DNA of 63,707 nucleotides, counting the filler, from Octopus bimaculoides (Eukaryota): the NCBI RefSeq assembly GCF_001194135.2. It is 5 parts of 5 records of this genome, joined end to end, with 100 filler letters (N's around TTAATTAATTAA, not from the genome) between each part and the next. Parts side by side here need not be neighbours in the genome. Positions count along the whole stretch, not along the records: positions 33,688 to 53,589 come from NC_068996.1; 4 more parts are not named here. One strand, 5' to 3'. Under the pieces are notes generated by a model. It was not told the origin of the DNA and made no database searches. It saw nothing but the letters and a program-made list of their open reading frames with translations. Position 1 is the stretch's first letter, and each line of letters opens with the position of its first letter. Both the position numbers and the translations under genes were made by a program. Positions 39,770 to 52,531 of the stretch are shown here, in pieces.

Positions 39770-40255
39770 TCGAGTCTCAGTCCCTTGTCATTTTCTCTGT
39801 GAAGCTCAATACCTGAAGATCATTTCTCACCTTTTCATCTGTCTTCCTGGTTCTACCCCTTCCACAGGTTCCCTCCACAATTAGAACTCGGTACTTCTTT
39901 ACACAGCTGTCCTCATCCATATGCATCACATGACCAAACCAGCACAGTCTTCTCTCTTGCACACTTCATCTGATGCCTCTTATACCCAGTTTTCCTCTTA
40001 AATCACTTACACTTTGTCATGCATGCACACTGACATTATCCATGTAGCAGAGTATGCTGGCATCATTTCTTTCAAGCCTTCACACATCCTCTGCAGTCAC
40101 AGCCCATGTTTCATTGACATGTAGGATAGCTGTTTGTACACAGGCATCATTCAATCTGCCTTTCACTTTGAGAGAGAAGCTTTTTATTACCAACAAAGGT
40201 AGTAGCTTTCTGAACTTTGCCCAGCCTTATCTATTCTTTCAGAGCTTCCTCTTCC
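39770..40255 (-). mobile_element. 3' fragment of the same RTE-type LINE family
   Basis: ERRLCWFGHVMHMDEDSCVKKYRVLIVEGTCGRGR; homologous to about 62700-62980. Confidence 0.75.
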
Positions 40256-40599
40256 TCAACTAACTTGGTTGCTTAGGTAACAGAAGCTATCTATTATTTC
40301 TAAGTACACACGCCTACACACACACACACCATTTCAGCATGTCTGTTTCCTGTACATTCTTTGTGTGTGGCAGGGACAATGTACACTAAGACTACTTTAT
40401 CTGTGAACTCTTTTATTATACTGCTGCACTTCGTGTGACCATAGCTTACACTGGGTACACCTTTTTTTACACATCAAACAGGGCCATCTATCTGAAGAGA
40501 TTAATAATTTGTCTGTTCTCCTACTTACTAAATAAACCCTAAGGCTCTTTGATTCTTGACCTCACTTCCACACCTGAAACTTCTTAGAAAATCCTAGGA

Positions 40600-41130
40600 G
40601 CTGTGGTGTTGCTTGGAAAGGTATGATGTCAGTAAAGTTGACTTTTCCTGGAGTTAGTTACCAAGTTTCACCTGTATATCACTCAAGTACACAATTCAAA
40701 CACAGGTGTGATTGTGTTACAACTTGGATGCAACCCTGCCAGCTCTCCAGATTTCCACAGAAGATTTGCAAGATGTCTGCAATATCCATTCTTTACATGG
40801 TGCTGAATGTTAGACTGGCCATGTTTTAGTAAGTCAGGCTACATTTAGTAATAAAACCAGCTGCCAAAATTCATAGTAGAGTCAAATTCTCGAAGTGTTT
40901 GGTAGAGAACTACATCCACTAGAAGTACAAGACATTCTACACAAACATATTTCAACAACAAATGACACATCATCATGAAATGTTGTCAGTGATGAACTTT
41001 AGAATGCAGCTCATGAGATTCTTGGCACAATTCCAGCAATGAATAGAGACTGGTTTGATAACAACCAGGTTATAAAAAAGTGCTCTCTAAGGAAAATAGC
41101 AAAATGTTGCAAGAAGGAATATCAAAGGTA
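40600..41130 (+). mobile_element. Degenerate RTE-type LINE endonuclease/linker fragment
   Basis: Broken motifs TTWMQP, DLQDVCNIHSLHGAEC*TGH and AAHEILG...RDWFDNN. Confidence 0.65.
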
Positions 41131-42505
41131 AATAGCACCGTTTGAGCGTGATTGTTACCAGCATCGCCTTACTGGCATTTGTGCTGGTGGCACGTGAAAA
41201 GACATTTGAGCGAGGTCATTGCCAATGCCGCTTGACTGGCTCCTGTGCAGGTGGCACGCAAAATACACCTTTTTGAGCATGGCCGTTGCCAGTACTGCCT
41301 GACTGGCCTTCGTGCCGGTGGCATGTAAAAGCACCCACTACACTCTCAGAGTGGTTGGCGTTAGGAAGGGGCAGGGAGTGATACATAATGACGCCTGAAA
41401 GTCACCAACAACATTTGGATACTTCATATGGCTTGCACAGGGAACGCATAAAAACGCACACATAAAATTACATATCTACATAAGGATTAATATACATACA
41501 AATATACACACATATGGATATGCATACAAATATAGAAAAATACGAAAATGTGTACAGAAATACATATACACATATATAAAAGTATACACACATATACATA
41601 CACATTTATATAAGTATGCATATGTATATGTATATATGTATATATATAAAATATATAGTTTTAGGGAAAATAACCAAGTTTCAAGAACTCATCGATGAAA
41701 ATCCACTATCATGTATAGAAAAATTAACAATTAAAAGCACAATAAATGAGTATAATTGAGTTTTTACCTGTAATTTTGGATTTTGTCCCTAATATTATTA
41801 TATGTATATATACATATATATACACACATGCACACGTGCATGTATATATGTACACATACACACATGCATATACATACATATACATACCTACAGTACATAC
41901 ATACACATAAATATATACAGACATATATACACCATAACGTATATATGCTAACAATTTATTTTAAATACTGTTCGGTGTGTATAATAATTGTAAAATAAAG
42001 AAATTGTACATTAATTTGATGTAACATAATTAAATACATGAATAAAAATAAAAATACTAATAATAAAAATAATTCTCGGCAAAGCTTAAGCTTGAAATTA
42101 AATTTAAATTTAACTTTATTAAACAGTTGAAGGCTTTCTTAAAAATGAAGTCACAATATACATTAGTGTTGCGATGCAAAATAACTTTACTATCCACGTG
42201 CACATATATGCTCTCACATAGACATGCACATGCACCTTCGTTTTGGGATCACCACCACTTTATTATCTCCCCTTCTTTCTAGCTCTCCTGTCTAACCACC
42301 TCTGTCCGGCATTCACCATGATTACTTGCTAGCCATTAAACCTTTTTAATTTTCTCTCTCTGCTTATTTCTGTGTTCCTTTCTGTTGAAGAGCATAGGCT
42401 CGAAATGTAAAAGACCTTCTCACTTCCCAAAAGTTAAACATCTGTTTGTTGTTTACACACCCGTCTTCGTCTTTTGTCTTGTTTTGTTTCTCTTGTAAAT
42501 TCTAA

Positions 42506-42554
<49 letters not shown>

Positions 42555-42699
42555 TATAGATATAGATATGTTGCTCTTGAGATCACATTAACACCTGATG
42601 TATGGCACACCGTACACCTGTACAGAATGTGTTGATTTGATGGAATGAGGTGAACTAATGTACAGCACATATATTTGATCTCTATAAACAAATCATTTA

Positions 42700-44230
42700 T
42701 GCAGGGGTCATTGAGTAAGAAGCTGCAGAACCGTCTTTCTCGTACTGCTGAGAAACTACCATCACTATTAGCTCTGTCTACCTACCGGTTTACCTGCCTT
42801 TCTGTCAGTCTCTAGAATTCAGAATTTGTAACATTCTTTCTATTTTTCCAAGTGTGCAATTCCATGACATGTAGGGTTACCATACGCTGATAAATGGATA
42901 ATGGAATGGCCCATTGTACTGAAGTAGGTGGCAACAGGTTGGTGCTGCGTACATAGCTGTGTGCTTTTACTGTGCTTTGATTATGTGATCAGCAAGGCAA
43001 ACAGCCTGTTTTCTCAATATTATATGCTCCACAAAGTTTGCAGAGATGCTATATTTGAGGTTGGGAAATGTGCTACAGAAGTTTTGGGTATTGTGGTATA
43101 GTGACATAGGCCCAGTGATGGTTGTAGCATTGTTAATGCAAGCACGTTGCTTCATTAGCAAATGCATTTATAAGCACTTAGTTGTTGGGGTGGAAGGGCA
43201 TGGATGGCGCTTATAACTAAGAAGTTGTTGAAGGACATATCCCTTTTGAAGGTGAGGATAGGTGGTTCAGGGCAGATTGATGGGGGGTGGGGTTGTGAAA
43301 GGATTTGGAAGTTACTGATGAGCATTTTGCTTCAGTGGGTCCATGGAGGGGTAGGAGATGAGGCACAATGAAATCCAATCTGTAGTTGTGTGTAAAGTGG
43401 GTAGGAGAGCGGTGGAACAGTTGATGATTTGGGGCTGACTAATTCAGGGTTCACAACCAATCACAGACATCCTCAGTTGAGGAAGAAACATTGCTCATGA
43501 CTTGGTGTACTTGGAGTGAGAAGAGCTGTAGCATTTTTAAGTGAGGGTCAGTAAGCTTGTAGTAAACAGAAAGATATATTTTTCTTTATTGCCCACAGGG
43601 GGCTAAACATAGAGGGGACAAACATGGACAGACAAAGGGATTAAGTCAATTACGTTAACCCCAGTACGTAACTGGTACTTATTTAATTGACCTTGAAAGG
43701 ATGAAGGGCAAAGTCGATCTCGGCGGAATTTGAACTCAGAACGTAACAGCAGACCAAATACCGCTAAGTATTTCGTCCAGCGTGCTAACGACTCTGGCAG
43801 CTCGCCGCCTTTCAGAAAGATATTGCTGATAGTAAAGGATACGGTAAGAAAACTAATGGAGGTGTTGGAGAAGGTGGAGGTGAAGCTATGAAGCTGTTAC
43901 CTGCTGAGGGTAGTAGCATCATATGGCAGCTCTGGACTGGGTCTCGTGAATTGTGAAAAGAAAAAAATTTTGCTCCTCAGTGTTGCCTACAAGGGTTGCA
44001 TAATTGAGGTCCATTTTGGTTCCCATGGTGACCCTGTCGTCCTGTTTATAAAATGTTTCTAGATAAGGAAAACCAATTCCGGGTTTAGAACGAGTTCAGC
44101 TGTGCCAAGAAGTAGTGTAATGGTGCTGCTAGGTAAAGGGAGTGGGGGGGGGTAGTGGTCTAGGAAGTGTTTTAAGGCTGATAGGCAGACATTATGGCGG
44201 GGTGATAGTGTTGAGTGGTTTTATATCTTG
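42700..44230 (-). mobile_element. Degenerate Penelope-like RT plus GIY-YIG element, split by a SINE
   Basis: Minus-strand remnants FYKQDDRVTMGTKM (RT), PPILTFKRDMSFNNFLV (linker) and TTITGPMS...FCSTFPNLKYSIS (GIY-YIG region). Confidence 0.55.
43578..43812 (-). mobile_element. SINE family B inserted into the Penelope remnant, with an 11-bp TSD
   Basis: cagaaagatat at 43567-43577 and 43813-43823. Confidence 0.85.
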
Positions 44231-45453
44231 GTAAAAAGGTAGTTAGCTGAAGTGTGGTACACTCCTCTGTTTAGCTACACACACACACACACACACACAA
44301 CGGGGGCTCCACCATCACCAGTTTTAGTTGCTTTTATCAACTCCAATACACTCCCTGATACTTACTTTATCAATCCGACAAGGGTCAAATTATGTATCAT
44401 GGTTGAAAATTTGGAGGAATCCATGTTTTACAGTGTTTTTCTTGTCTATTTTTATTTTTTTAGATGCATTGAATTTTGTTCATTACATGTCAATATGTAC
44501 TTATCACACGCGCACACACACACACACAATGTAAAAGTTGATGGTGACTTCAAAGTTTTGGTTTGCTTGCCTTCTTCAGACAGTCCTGATGAAAGTGAGT
44601 GATGTGCCTAAACTTAGAAGTTACTGTTGATCTTTCCTTTGTAGAAGTTAATAAATACACATTTTACCAAAAATCATTGAATAATTGTTCAGTTTAATGT
44701 TAGATTGTTTTTATGACATGAGAACTAACATATATATGTACACCTGGGCAGGTGCTACATAATAAAAGCACCCAGTATACTTTGTAAAATGGTAGGTGTT
44801 AGGATTTCCAACTGTACAAACAGTTGGAGCTTGCTGCAGCTTTCAGGCTGGCCAAATCCTATCGAACCATCCAACTCCTACCAGCTTGGAAAGCAAACAT
44901 TAAATGATGATGATGATGATGATGTTATGTACACACACACACACGTTATTGGTGTCTGGTGACAACAAAACTCTGTGTTCTCAGCGATGGGGGTGCATGT
45001 GACTCCGTAGTCCAAAGCAGGAAGCTGGCCAACTTTTTCAAACCGTCCAACCCATACCAGCATGGAAAATAGACGTTAAACAATGATGATTATATTATAT
45101 TATTACATTTCATAATATTATATTGTTTTAACATTGTAATCTTTTAAGCAACAAGTGTTTAATGGTTTCCTTATCAATGTGTACATTGAATTTGCAGTAT
45201 TGTCTCAGGGTCACTGAGAAATAGGAGTCGCGAATTTCAAGTGCTTTATTGCCTTAATCAATATGTATAAGGAAATCTCTAAATCCGGGTATTTAATTAA
45301 CTTTACAGACTTTGTATCTCAAATTTCTGGTTTTCATAAAATGCCTCTGTAATTTCCCATAATTTTCTGGGTTTTGGATCTGCTGGAAATTTTTGGTTTT
45401 GGATCTGTTAGAAAGAAACCATATACATCTATGTATAGTCTTACTCACTCACA

Positions 45454-45518
<65 letters not shown>

Positions 45519-45914
45519 GCATGCACATTAATACTTNNNNNNNNNNNNNNNNNNNNNNNNNNNNNNNNNNNNNNNNNNNNNNNNNNNNNNNNNNNNNNNN
45601 NNNNNNNNNNNNNNNNNNNNNNNNNNNNNNNNNNNNNNNNNNNNNNNNNNNNNNNNNNNNNNNNNNNNNNNNNNNNNNNNNNNNNNNNNNNNNNNNNNNN
45701 NNNNNNNNNNNNNNNNNNNNNNNNNNNNNNNNNNNNNNNNNNNNNNNNNNNNNNNNNNNNNNNNNNNNNNNNNNNNNNNNNNNNNNNNNNNNNNNNNNNN
45801 NNNNNNNNNNNNNNNNNNNNNNNNNNNNNNNNNNNNNNNNNNNNNNNNNNNNNNNNNNNNNNNNNNNNNNNNNNNNNNNNNNNNNNNNNNNNNNNNNNNN
45901 NNNNNNNNNNTAAG

Positions 45915-46112
45915 GATTCAGAGAGTGATGAGAACACGCAGCCTCTCTCCTGTGGGAAACCAGTTAATTACACTGTTTATGACCACTTGAAAGGACTCCA
46001 CCACAGACATAGTCATCCACAGATTGCTGAGCCAGAAGTTGCCATATTTCTCACTAAAAAAATTTTGGACAATAAAAAATTTGAAAATAAACTCATAAAA
46101 GCTAGAAAAGAA
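45915..46112 (+). CDS. Penultimate exon of a TPR/transmembrane protein gene (5' boundary uncertain, abuts gap)
   Basis: Open frame DSESDENTQPLSCGKPVNYTVYDHLKGLHHRHSHPQIAEPEVAIFL...KARKE. Donor GAA|gtatgc at phase 0 matches the phase-0 acceptor at 52532. Confidence 0.7.
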
Positions 46113-46707
46113 GTATGCAAAAAACTTCTCGATATTTTTTTTTTTTTGTATATATTCTAAATATATATTATATATAAATAAATAGATTTCTTTTTTTTTT
46201 TTCTATTAATTTTTTTGTTGAAATCTGTTGTAGTCTTAAAAATTAACATCTGTTTCAGTTGATAAGTTTGTATTTAGACTACTGTTGTTTTCTAATAGGT
46301 TTTAGTGACACTCTAGTGTATTGTAATTTAGAAGATAGAACCATTGTTTTTCGTTAAGAGAGAGATAGACAGACAGAATCACAGATGTATGAGGATTATT
46401 TATTTATTTTTTTTATTTTTTTTATCTGATTTGTGAACTATAGCGTTATTGATTGTATGTAGGCATCTGTGAAGACATACTTTTTCATTGTATTTTCCAT
46501 AGCGAAAGTAACGAGGTAGTATTTGTGTAACTGAAGCCAAGTAAGTAGCACAATGTGTGTGTGTGTGTGTGTGTGTGAATATTAGTTTCACATTTCGGTA
46601 CTATGCTAGCAATTTTAGGGCAGGTTATACAATGTGATTTCATGATCCCCAATGGTACTTATTTTATCAACCTCAAAAAGATGAAAAGGAAAGTTGACCA
46701 TGGAAGA

Positions 46708-46751
<44 letters not shown>

Positions 46752-46755
<4 letters not shown>

Positions 46756-47675
46756 GTTAACCCATAAATAATGTGTTTTTTTTCAATTGCATGTACTAAG
46801 TCAGAGGGAGGTCGGTCGAGATAAACTACCTGCATCATCTTGCTATAAAAGCAGATTGTAATTTTACCTTGTACCTTCGATTTAATCATTCAACCATTCA
46901 TCAACACCTGCATGCCATTGGAAAAGTCACCAAATTGGGTCAATGAATTCTTCACAAATTTTCTGAGTCTAAGAGAGTGAATGTGTGCTCTTCTTTGCTG
47001 TTGCATCTCACAAATGAACCTTATTTGGACCGAATAGTAACTGGTGACAAGAAATGGGTTCTCTATAAAAATGTCAAGCACCAAAGACAGTGGGTAGGGA
47101 AAGAAGAAACATCGGCACCTCTGGCTAAAGAAGGTCTTCACTCATGTAAGGTGTTGTTTTCTGTTCAGTGGGATATGAGTTTAGTCCACTTTGAACTTTT
47201 AAATCCAAACCAAACGATAACAAAGGAGATCTACTGTGAGCAACTTGGGAGTACTAGAAGAAAAACGACCATCTTTGGTTTCAAGACAAAAGGTGTTCTT
47301 CCATCAGGATAATGTTCAGCCACATACAGCAAGGATGACATTCCAAAGGCTGGAGCAGTCTGAATGGGAAACAATGCCCCAGATACCATATTTGCCAGAC
47401 ATTGCCCCATCTGATTATCATTTATTCTGCAATCTTCAAAATCATTTGAACAGAAAATATATGAATTCTGTAGATGAGGTCAGAACAGTATTGGAGAAGT
47501 ATTTTTTGTCACTGACAAATGAATTTTGGAAAAGGGGCCTTGAAAGTCTACTGGATAAATGGAAGAGTATTGTAGAAAATGGAGAGTATATTTTATATTA
47601 AAAAAGAACTTTATCTTAATTTTGAAAAATGAAAGAAGCATTAAAAAAAAACACATTATTTATGGGATGACCCAA
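46752..47675 (+). mobile_element. Internally deleted mariner (DD34D) element with TIRs, inserted in a (TA)n tract
   Basis: TIRs ttgggttaacccataaataatgtgtt / aacacattatttatgggatgacccaa. Transposase motifs IVTGDKKW, FFHQDN and PYLPDIAPSDYHLF; frameshifted and lacking the N-terminus. Confidence 0.9.
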
Positions 47676-48430
47676 TTTATATATAAATATATATAATTAT
47701 ACATATTCAGAGAACAGAAGATACACGTAGTTTCTCTAGAGATGGCAACTATCATAAGGGAGACAATCATATGTTAATTCAGTGATTGATTGGTCATTGA
47801 TATTTTTCTGTACAAGAAAAATTTATAGCTTTACATGTATACATAAAATAGAAAAAAAATATTGCTGAGTGGATGTGTTACACGTAGGAGTTTCGGAAGG
47901 TCAAATAAGTACTTGAGCTAACCAAATCAATACGATCAGCTGTTTAAATACTCTCAATGGGCTTGACTGCATAACTTTGTAGACAGGTTGATGCAGTGTT
48001 CAGTTTTATGTAATAAAAGTACTCTAATTGTAAAATTGTATTGTGATACTATAGCATTGGGTCGGCATACTCCTGTGAATTTGCAGAAAGCTGTGTTTGA
48101 CCATTGAATCATTACTGCAAAGACTATTTTCAGTAGTCTTGTCCAAACAACCAATGGGTTTTAGGAGATGGGTTACCAGTGTAGAATTTGGTAAAGAGTA
48201 CAAACCTATGAAACTGCCTGTACAGTTTGAATGATAGACAGTATGATGGTAGGTTTGTGGAAGTGGCATTAAGTCACATTAGTCATTACATTAGATTGTC
48301 CTTCTATTAACAATTGTACTGATAATAATAGATTTTATTGCATCATCAAAATCTCAAAGCTACAAGATAATATATGATTAATACAAAACGGTGTGAAATA
48401 AACAAGCATTACTTTTGACAGAATATGATA

Positions 48431-48766
48431 AAGGCACATAGTTCAGTGGTTAGAGTGTCAGTCACTCAATCATGTGGTAGTAAGTTCAGTTTCTGGACTG
48501 GGCTGTGTGTTGTATTCTTGAGCAAGACACTTCATTTCATGTTGCTCCAGTTCACTGAGCTGTAGAAATGATTTGCAACATCACTGGTGCCAAGCTGTAT
48601 CGGCCTTTGCCTTTCCTTTGGATAACACTGGTGGCATGGAGAAGGGAGGCTGGTATGCATGGGCGACTGCTGGTCTTCCATAAACAACCATGTCCAGACT
48701 TGTACTTTGGAGGGTAACTTTCTAGATGCAACCCCATGGTCATTCATGACTGAAGGGGGTCTTTTA
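48431..48766 (+). mobile_element. SINE family E (tRNA-like head plus ttcttgagcaagacactt core)
   Basis: Homologous copies at 4001-4317(+), 12730-12878(-, head) and 49328-49420(+, head). Confidence 0.75.
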
Positions 48767-49156
48767 TGGGGTTAAAGCCTTTCCTTTTTCTTTCCACAAT
48801 TTGTAGACTCGTGTATGAAGAGTACATGTTGTCACATATCATTTCCAAGCTGCTAAGAAGTTATTTAACACAATAACACCAGTCTAATGATAAAGCTTAC
48901 GTTAACGGGTGAAAAGGAAGTTTTGTATGAGGGCTTTTATTTTTATCAATTGGTCTACTCTGGAAAAAAGTAGCAGTGCCCATCATGATTACAGAAACTA
49001 CCAAGACAAACATGATAAGTATAATTAATGGTTAATCCTTTAGTACTTAAACTGGCCATATCCAGCCCAAATGTTTTCCTCCAAAGCTTCAACCTGCTGG
49101 AATCTTTTCACTACCAGTATCAGTTGGCATCAGCTTGCAGTTGTTCAAGAAAAGCA

Positions 49157-49444
49157 TTAACCTTTTAGCATTCAAATTATTCTGTTAAAATGTAACATTT
49201 ATTCATATTGTTTTGAATTAATCTTGCAATATCTTTGTAGCTTTATGTTCAAACTGGCCATATATGGCTTCTCACACTAACCCTACAATGTCGTTCTAAA
49301 GATTAACAGTTACCTCATCATGAATGTGCACGGCTCAGTGGTTAGAGTGTTGGGCTCACAATTATGTGGTAGTGAGTTCAATTCCTGGACTTGGCAGTGT
49401 GTTTGGTTCTTGAAAAAGTGGCCTTTTTGTGGATGCATTTTAGG

Positions 49445-49487
<43 letters not shown>

Positions 49488-50988
49488 CATTGTCTCAAAT
49501 TTGGCAAGATTATAGGTCTTACCTGATCTTTGTACATGGCTAATAGTTGTTAAGAACTGAAGCATTTTCTAGTTCTGAATAGGAAGGTTAGTCTTTGCTA
49601 TATTAAGAATGTGAGATCACCAAGAGACACCTTCAGTAATAGAAAAGCCTAGCTTTTATAGCAACATCAACCCTCCGGCATTAAGTTTACTCTGTCAAAT
49701 GTAATACTTATTTATTCACATTGTTTAGAATTAATCATGCATTATCATGTAGCTTTGAGATTTCAAAGGCGTTATTTAGTTTTAGAATGACATTGTAGGG
49801 TAGGTATGAGATGTCAGATATGGCTGGTTTAATCCCTTAGCTTTCAGGTTACTCTGTCAAATGTAATTACTTATTTAACCACTATGTTTTGAAATAATTA
49901 CACATTATCTCATAGCTTTGAGATTTCGATGATGTGATTTTTTATTCTTAGAATGACATTGTAGAGTAGGTGAGAGAGGCCACATATGGCTGGTTTAACT
50001 GATTAGCATTCAGGTTACTCTGTCAAAAGTAATACTTATTTATTCCCTATGTTTTGAAATAATGACACATTATCTCATAGCTTTGAGATTTCAATGATGT
50101 GATTGTTTGTAGAATGACATTGTAGGGTAGGTAAGAGAGGCAGTTTGAACATAAAGCAGGTAGAATATTTAGACTGGTTATGGCCAATTTAAATGCTAAA
50201 GAGTTAAGTGATAATTTGTTTCCTGATGGTCTTTGACAATCGAATCTGGATGATTTACATTAACGCTTTTAGCATTCAGATTATTTTCTCAAATCTAATC
50301 CTTATTCATCCACATTGTTTGGGATTAATCATGGATTATCTTGTAGCTTTGAGATTTCAATGATTTAATTATTTAGTTTTAGAATGACATTGTAGGGTAG
50401 GTGTGAGAGGGTGGATCTAGCTAGTTTGAACAATGGTCTGTCTAAATGCTTAAGAATTTAGGATTTTAGTTGCACTAAATTACAGTTTTTGTCTTTGTTA
50501 ATGGTGGAATGTGATTTGCATAGATTTGTTATTGGTTATGTGGTTGAATTACAGATATTCTACCTGTTTTATGTTGCAAGTGACCAGGTCCAGCCTCACA
50601 CACCTATCCTACTTAAGGCGGCGAGCTGGCAGAAACGTTAGCACGCCGGGCGAAATGCCTAGCGGTATTTCGTCTACCGCTACGTTCTGAGTTCAAATTC
50701 CGCCGAGGTCGACTCTGCCTTTCATCCTTTCGGGGTCGATTAAATAAGTACCAGTTACGCACTGGGGTCGGTATAATCGACTTAACCCGTTTGTCTGTCC
50801 TTGTTTGTCCCCTCTGTGTGTGGCCCCTTGTGGGTAGTAGAGAAATAACACCTATCCTACTTTGACATTCTAAAAATAAACAATCACATTAAAATCTTGA
50901 AGCTACAAGATAATCCATGATTAATTCAAAACAATATAGACAAATAAACATTACATTTGACAGAGTAATTTGAATACTGAAGGATTAA
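49157..50988. mobile_element. Cluster/tandem array of a TTAA-flanked ~210-bp MITE (piggyBac-like termini)
   Basis: Repeated ttaaccyttagcatt...tagctttgagatttc...tagaatgacattgtagggtagg...aaatgctaaagrgttaa units in both orientations. Confidence 0.7.
50615..50847 (+). mobile_element. SINE family B inserted into a TTAA-MITE, with a 15-bp TSD
   Basis: acacctatcctactt at 50600-50614 and 50848-50862. Confidence 0.9.
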
Positions 50989-51121
50989 TACTTAGACATT
51001 TAGGTTGTGAAATATATTTAGATAATATTGCATTGTATATATTACATACTTAAATAATATTCTGTTATATAGGAGTGAGAAGACAAACAAAAGAAGGGCA
51101 CTCAACACATTTATTGGGAGT

Positions 51122-51894
51122 TACATGTATAGATCAAAGCAGTTTGATTCAAACTCTTTGGTACTCTGAGTTTCAAGCATGACGCTAATTTTCAGCCATT
51201 GGAGTTTGAATGAGAGGATGGTTGAAGAGAGTCAATGTTTGTTACGGACGTTAGCCTGCGATTGGTTGAGAAAGGTCATATGATGTCACAGTTTGATGTT
51301 GGTATTTCAGCGATAGCAACTGGAAAATACTGCATGGTGAACAGGAAACTGGCCACATGGTTGGGGTAGGGGTAAGGATAGAAGTAAGAAGGGACAGTGG
51401 ATGTGCAAGTATATATGTATGCATATGCATGTATGTGTCTGCATTTATGTGAGTGTGTGCACTCACACATATGAATGTATTTGTACTCACACACATACAT
51501 GCACACGAGCATACATACACATATATAAGTGCATATGTGCACATAGAAATGCACCAATGCATTGCATGCACACATACATACCAGCACATGTATGTGCATG
51601 CACACACTCACTTGCATACACATGTGTATACACATACACATGCATACACGCACACATATGTACATATATACCTGCATATCCACTGCCCCCTTCTATCCCC
51701 CCCCCCAATCATGCAACCAATTTCCTATTCCCTATGTAGTATTTTCCAAGTAATTGTTGTCGCTGAAATACCCAACATCGAACTGTGATACCACTTGCCC
51801 TCTCATTCAAACTCCAATGGCCAAAGATTAGTATCATGCTTGAAACTCAGAGTACCAAAGAGTTTGACTCAAACCATTTTGATCCGTGTATGTA
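51122..51894. mobile_element. Large imperfect foldback element with a TG/CA-rich core
   Basis: gatcaaagcagtttgattcaaactctttggtactctgagtttcaagcatga... is mirrored by ...tcatgcttgaaactcagagtaccaaagagtttgactcaaaccattttgatc. The inner TG-rich then CA-rich halves are also complementary. Confidence 0.8.
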
Positions 51895-52531
51895 TATATA
51901 TATATAAATATATATAAAACATTATAATTAGATAATAGTCCTTTTTTTTATAATAACTGTCTAATAGAAACTTGTCATTTTCATATTTTTAATCATTTTT
52001 GTGATGTGACCAAATTTATAATATCTGACTGTTACACTTGTATTCATTTTCTGAACCATTTCCAGTTACTCGCTGTAAACTTCTAGCATTTATTCATATT
52101 TTAGACTTTTATGTAGAATGTATTCATCATTAGCATTCTGCCCCCCCCCCTTTTTTTGTTACAAAACAAAATGCATTAAAAAATGAGAAATTGACAGCAA
52201 AATAGCATTGTAGTGATTAGATCTCAGGATTCACTAAAATATAACTACGTTGATAGAATGTCTCTTTTTGTAATCACTGTATACTTTAAAAGAGAGTAAG
52301 AATGCTCGTTAGTTATAGATTCTATGAATCCTTCTTCTAAAAGGATGGTCATACTGATGGCAAAGAGTAAGAAGATAACACCATTTGAAACAGATTAATT
52401 AGTTGACTAATTGCATATTCATTATTATGTAGCCTTTTTGATTTCTTTTGTCTGTCTTTTCTTTCTTTCTTTTTTTTTTTTTTAATTTATATTTATTTCT
52501 TTTCTTATAATGTTTTCCTTTTCTGTTGCAG

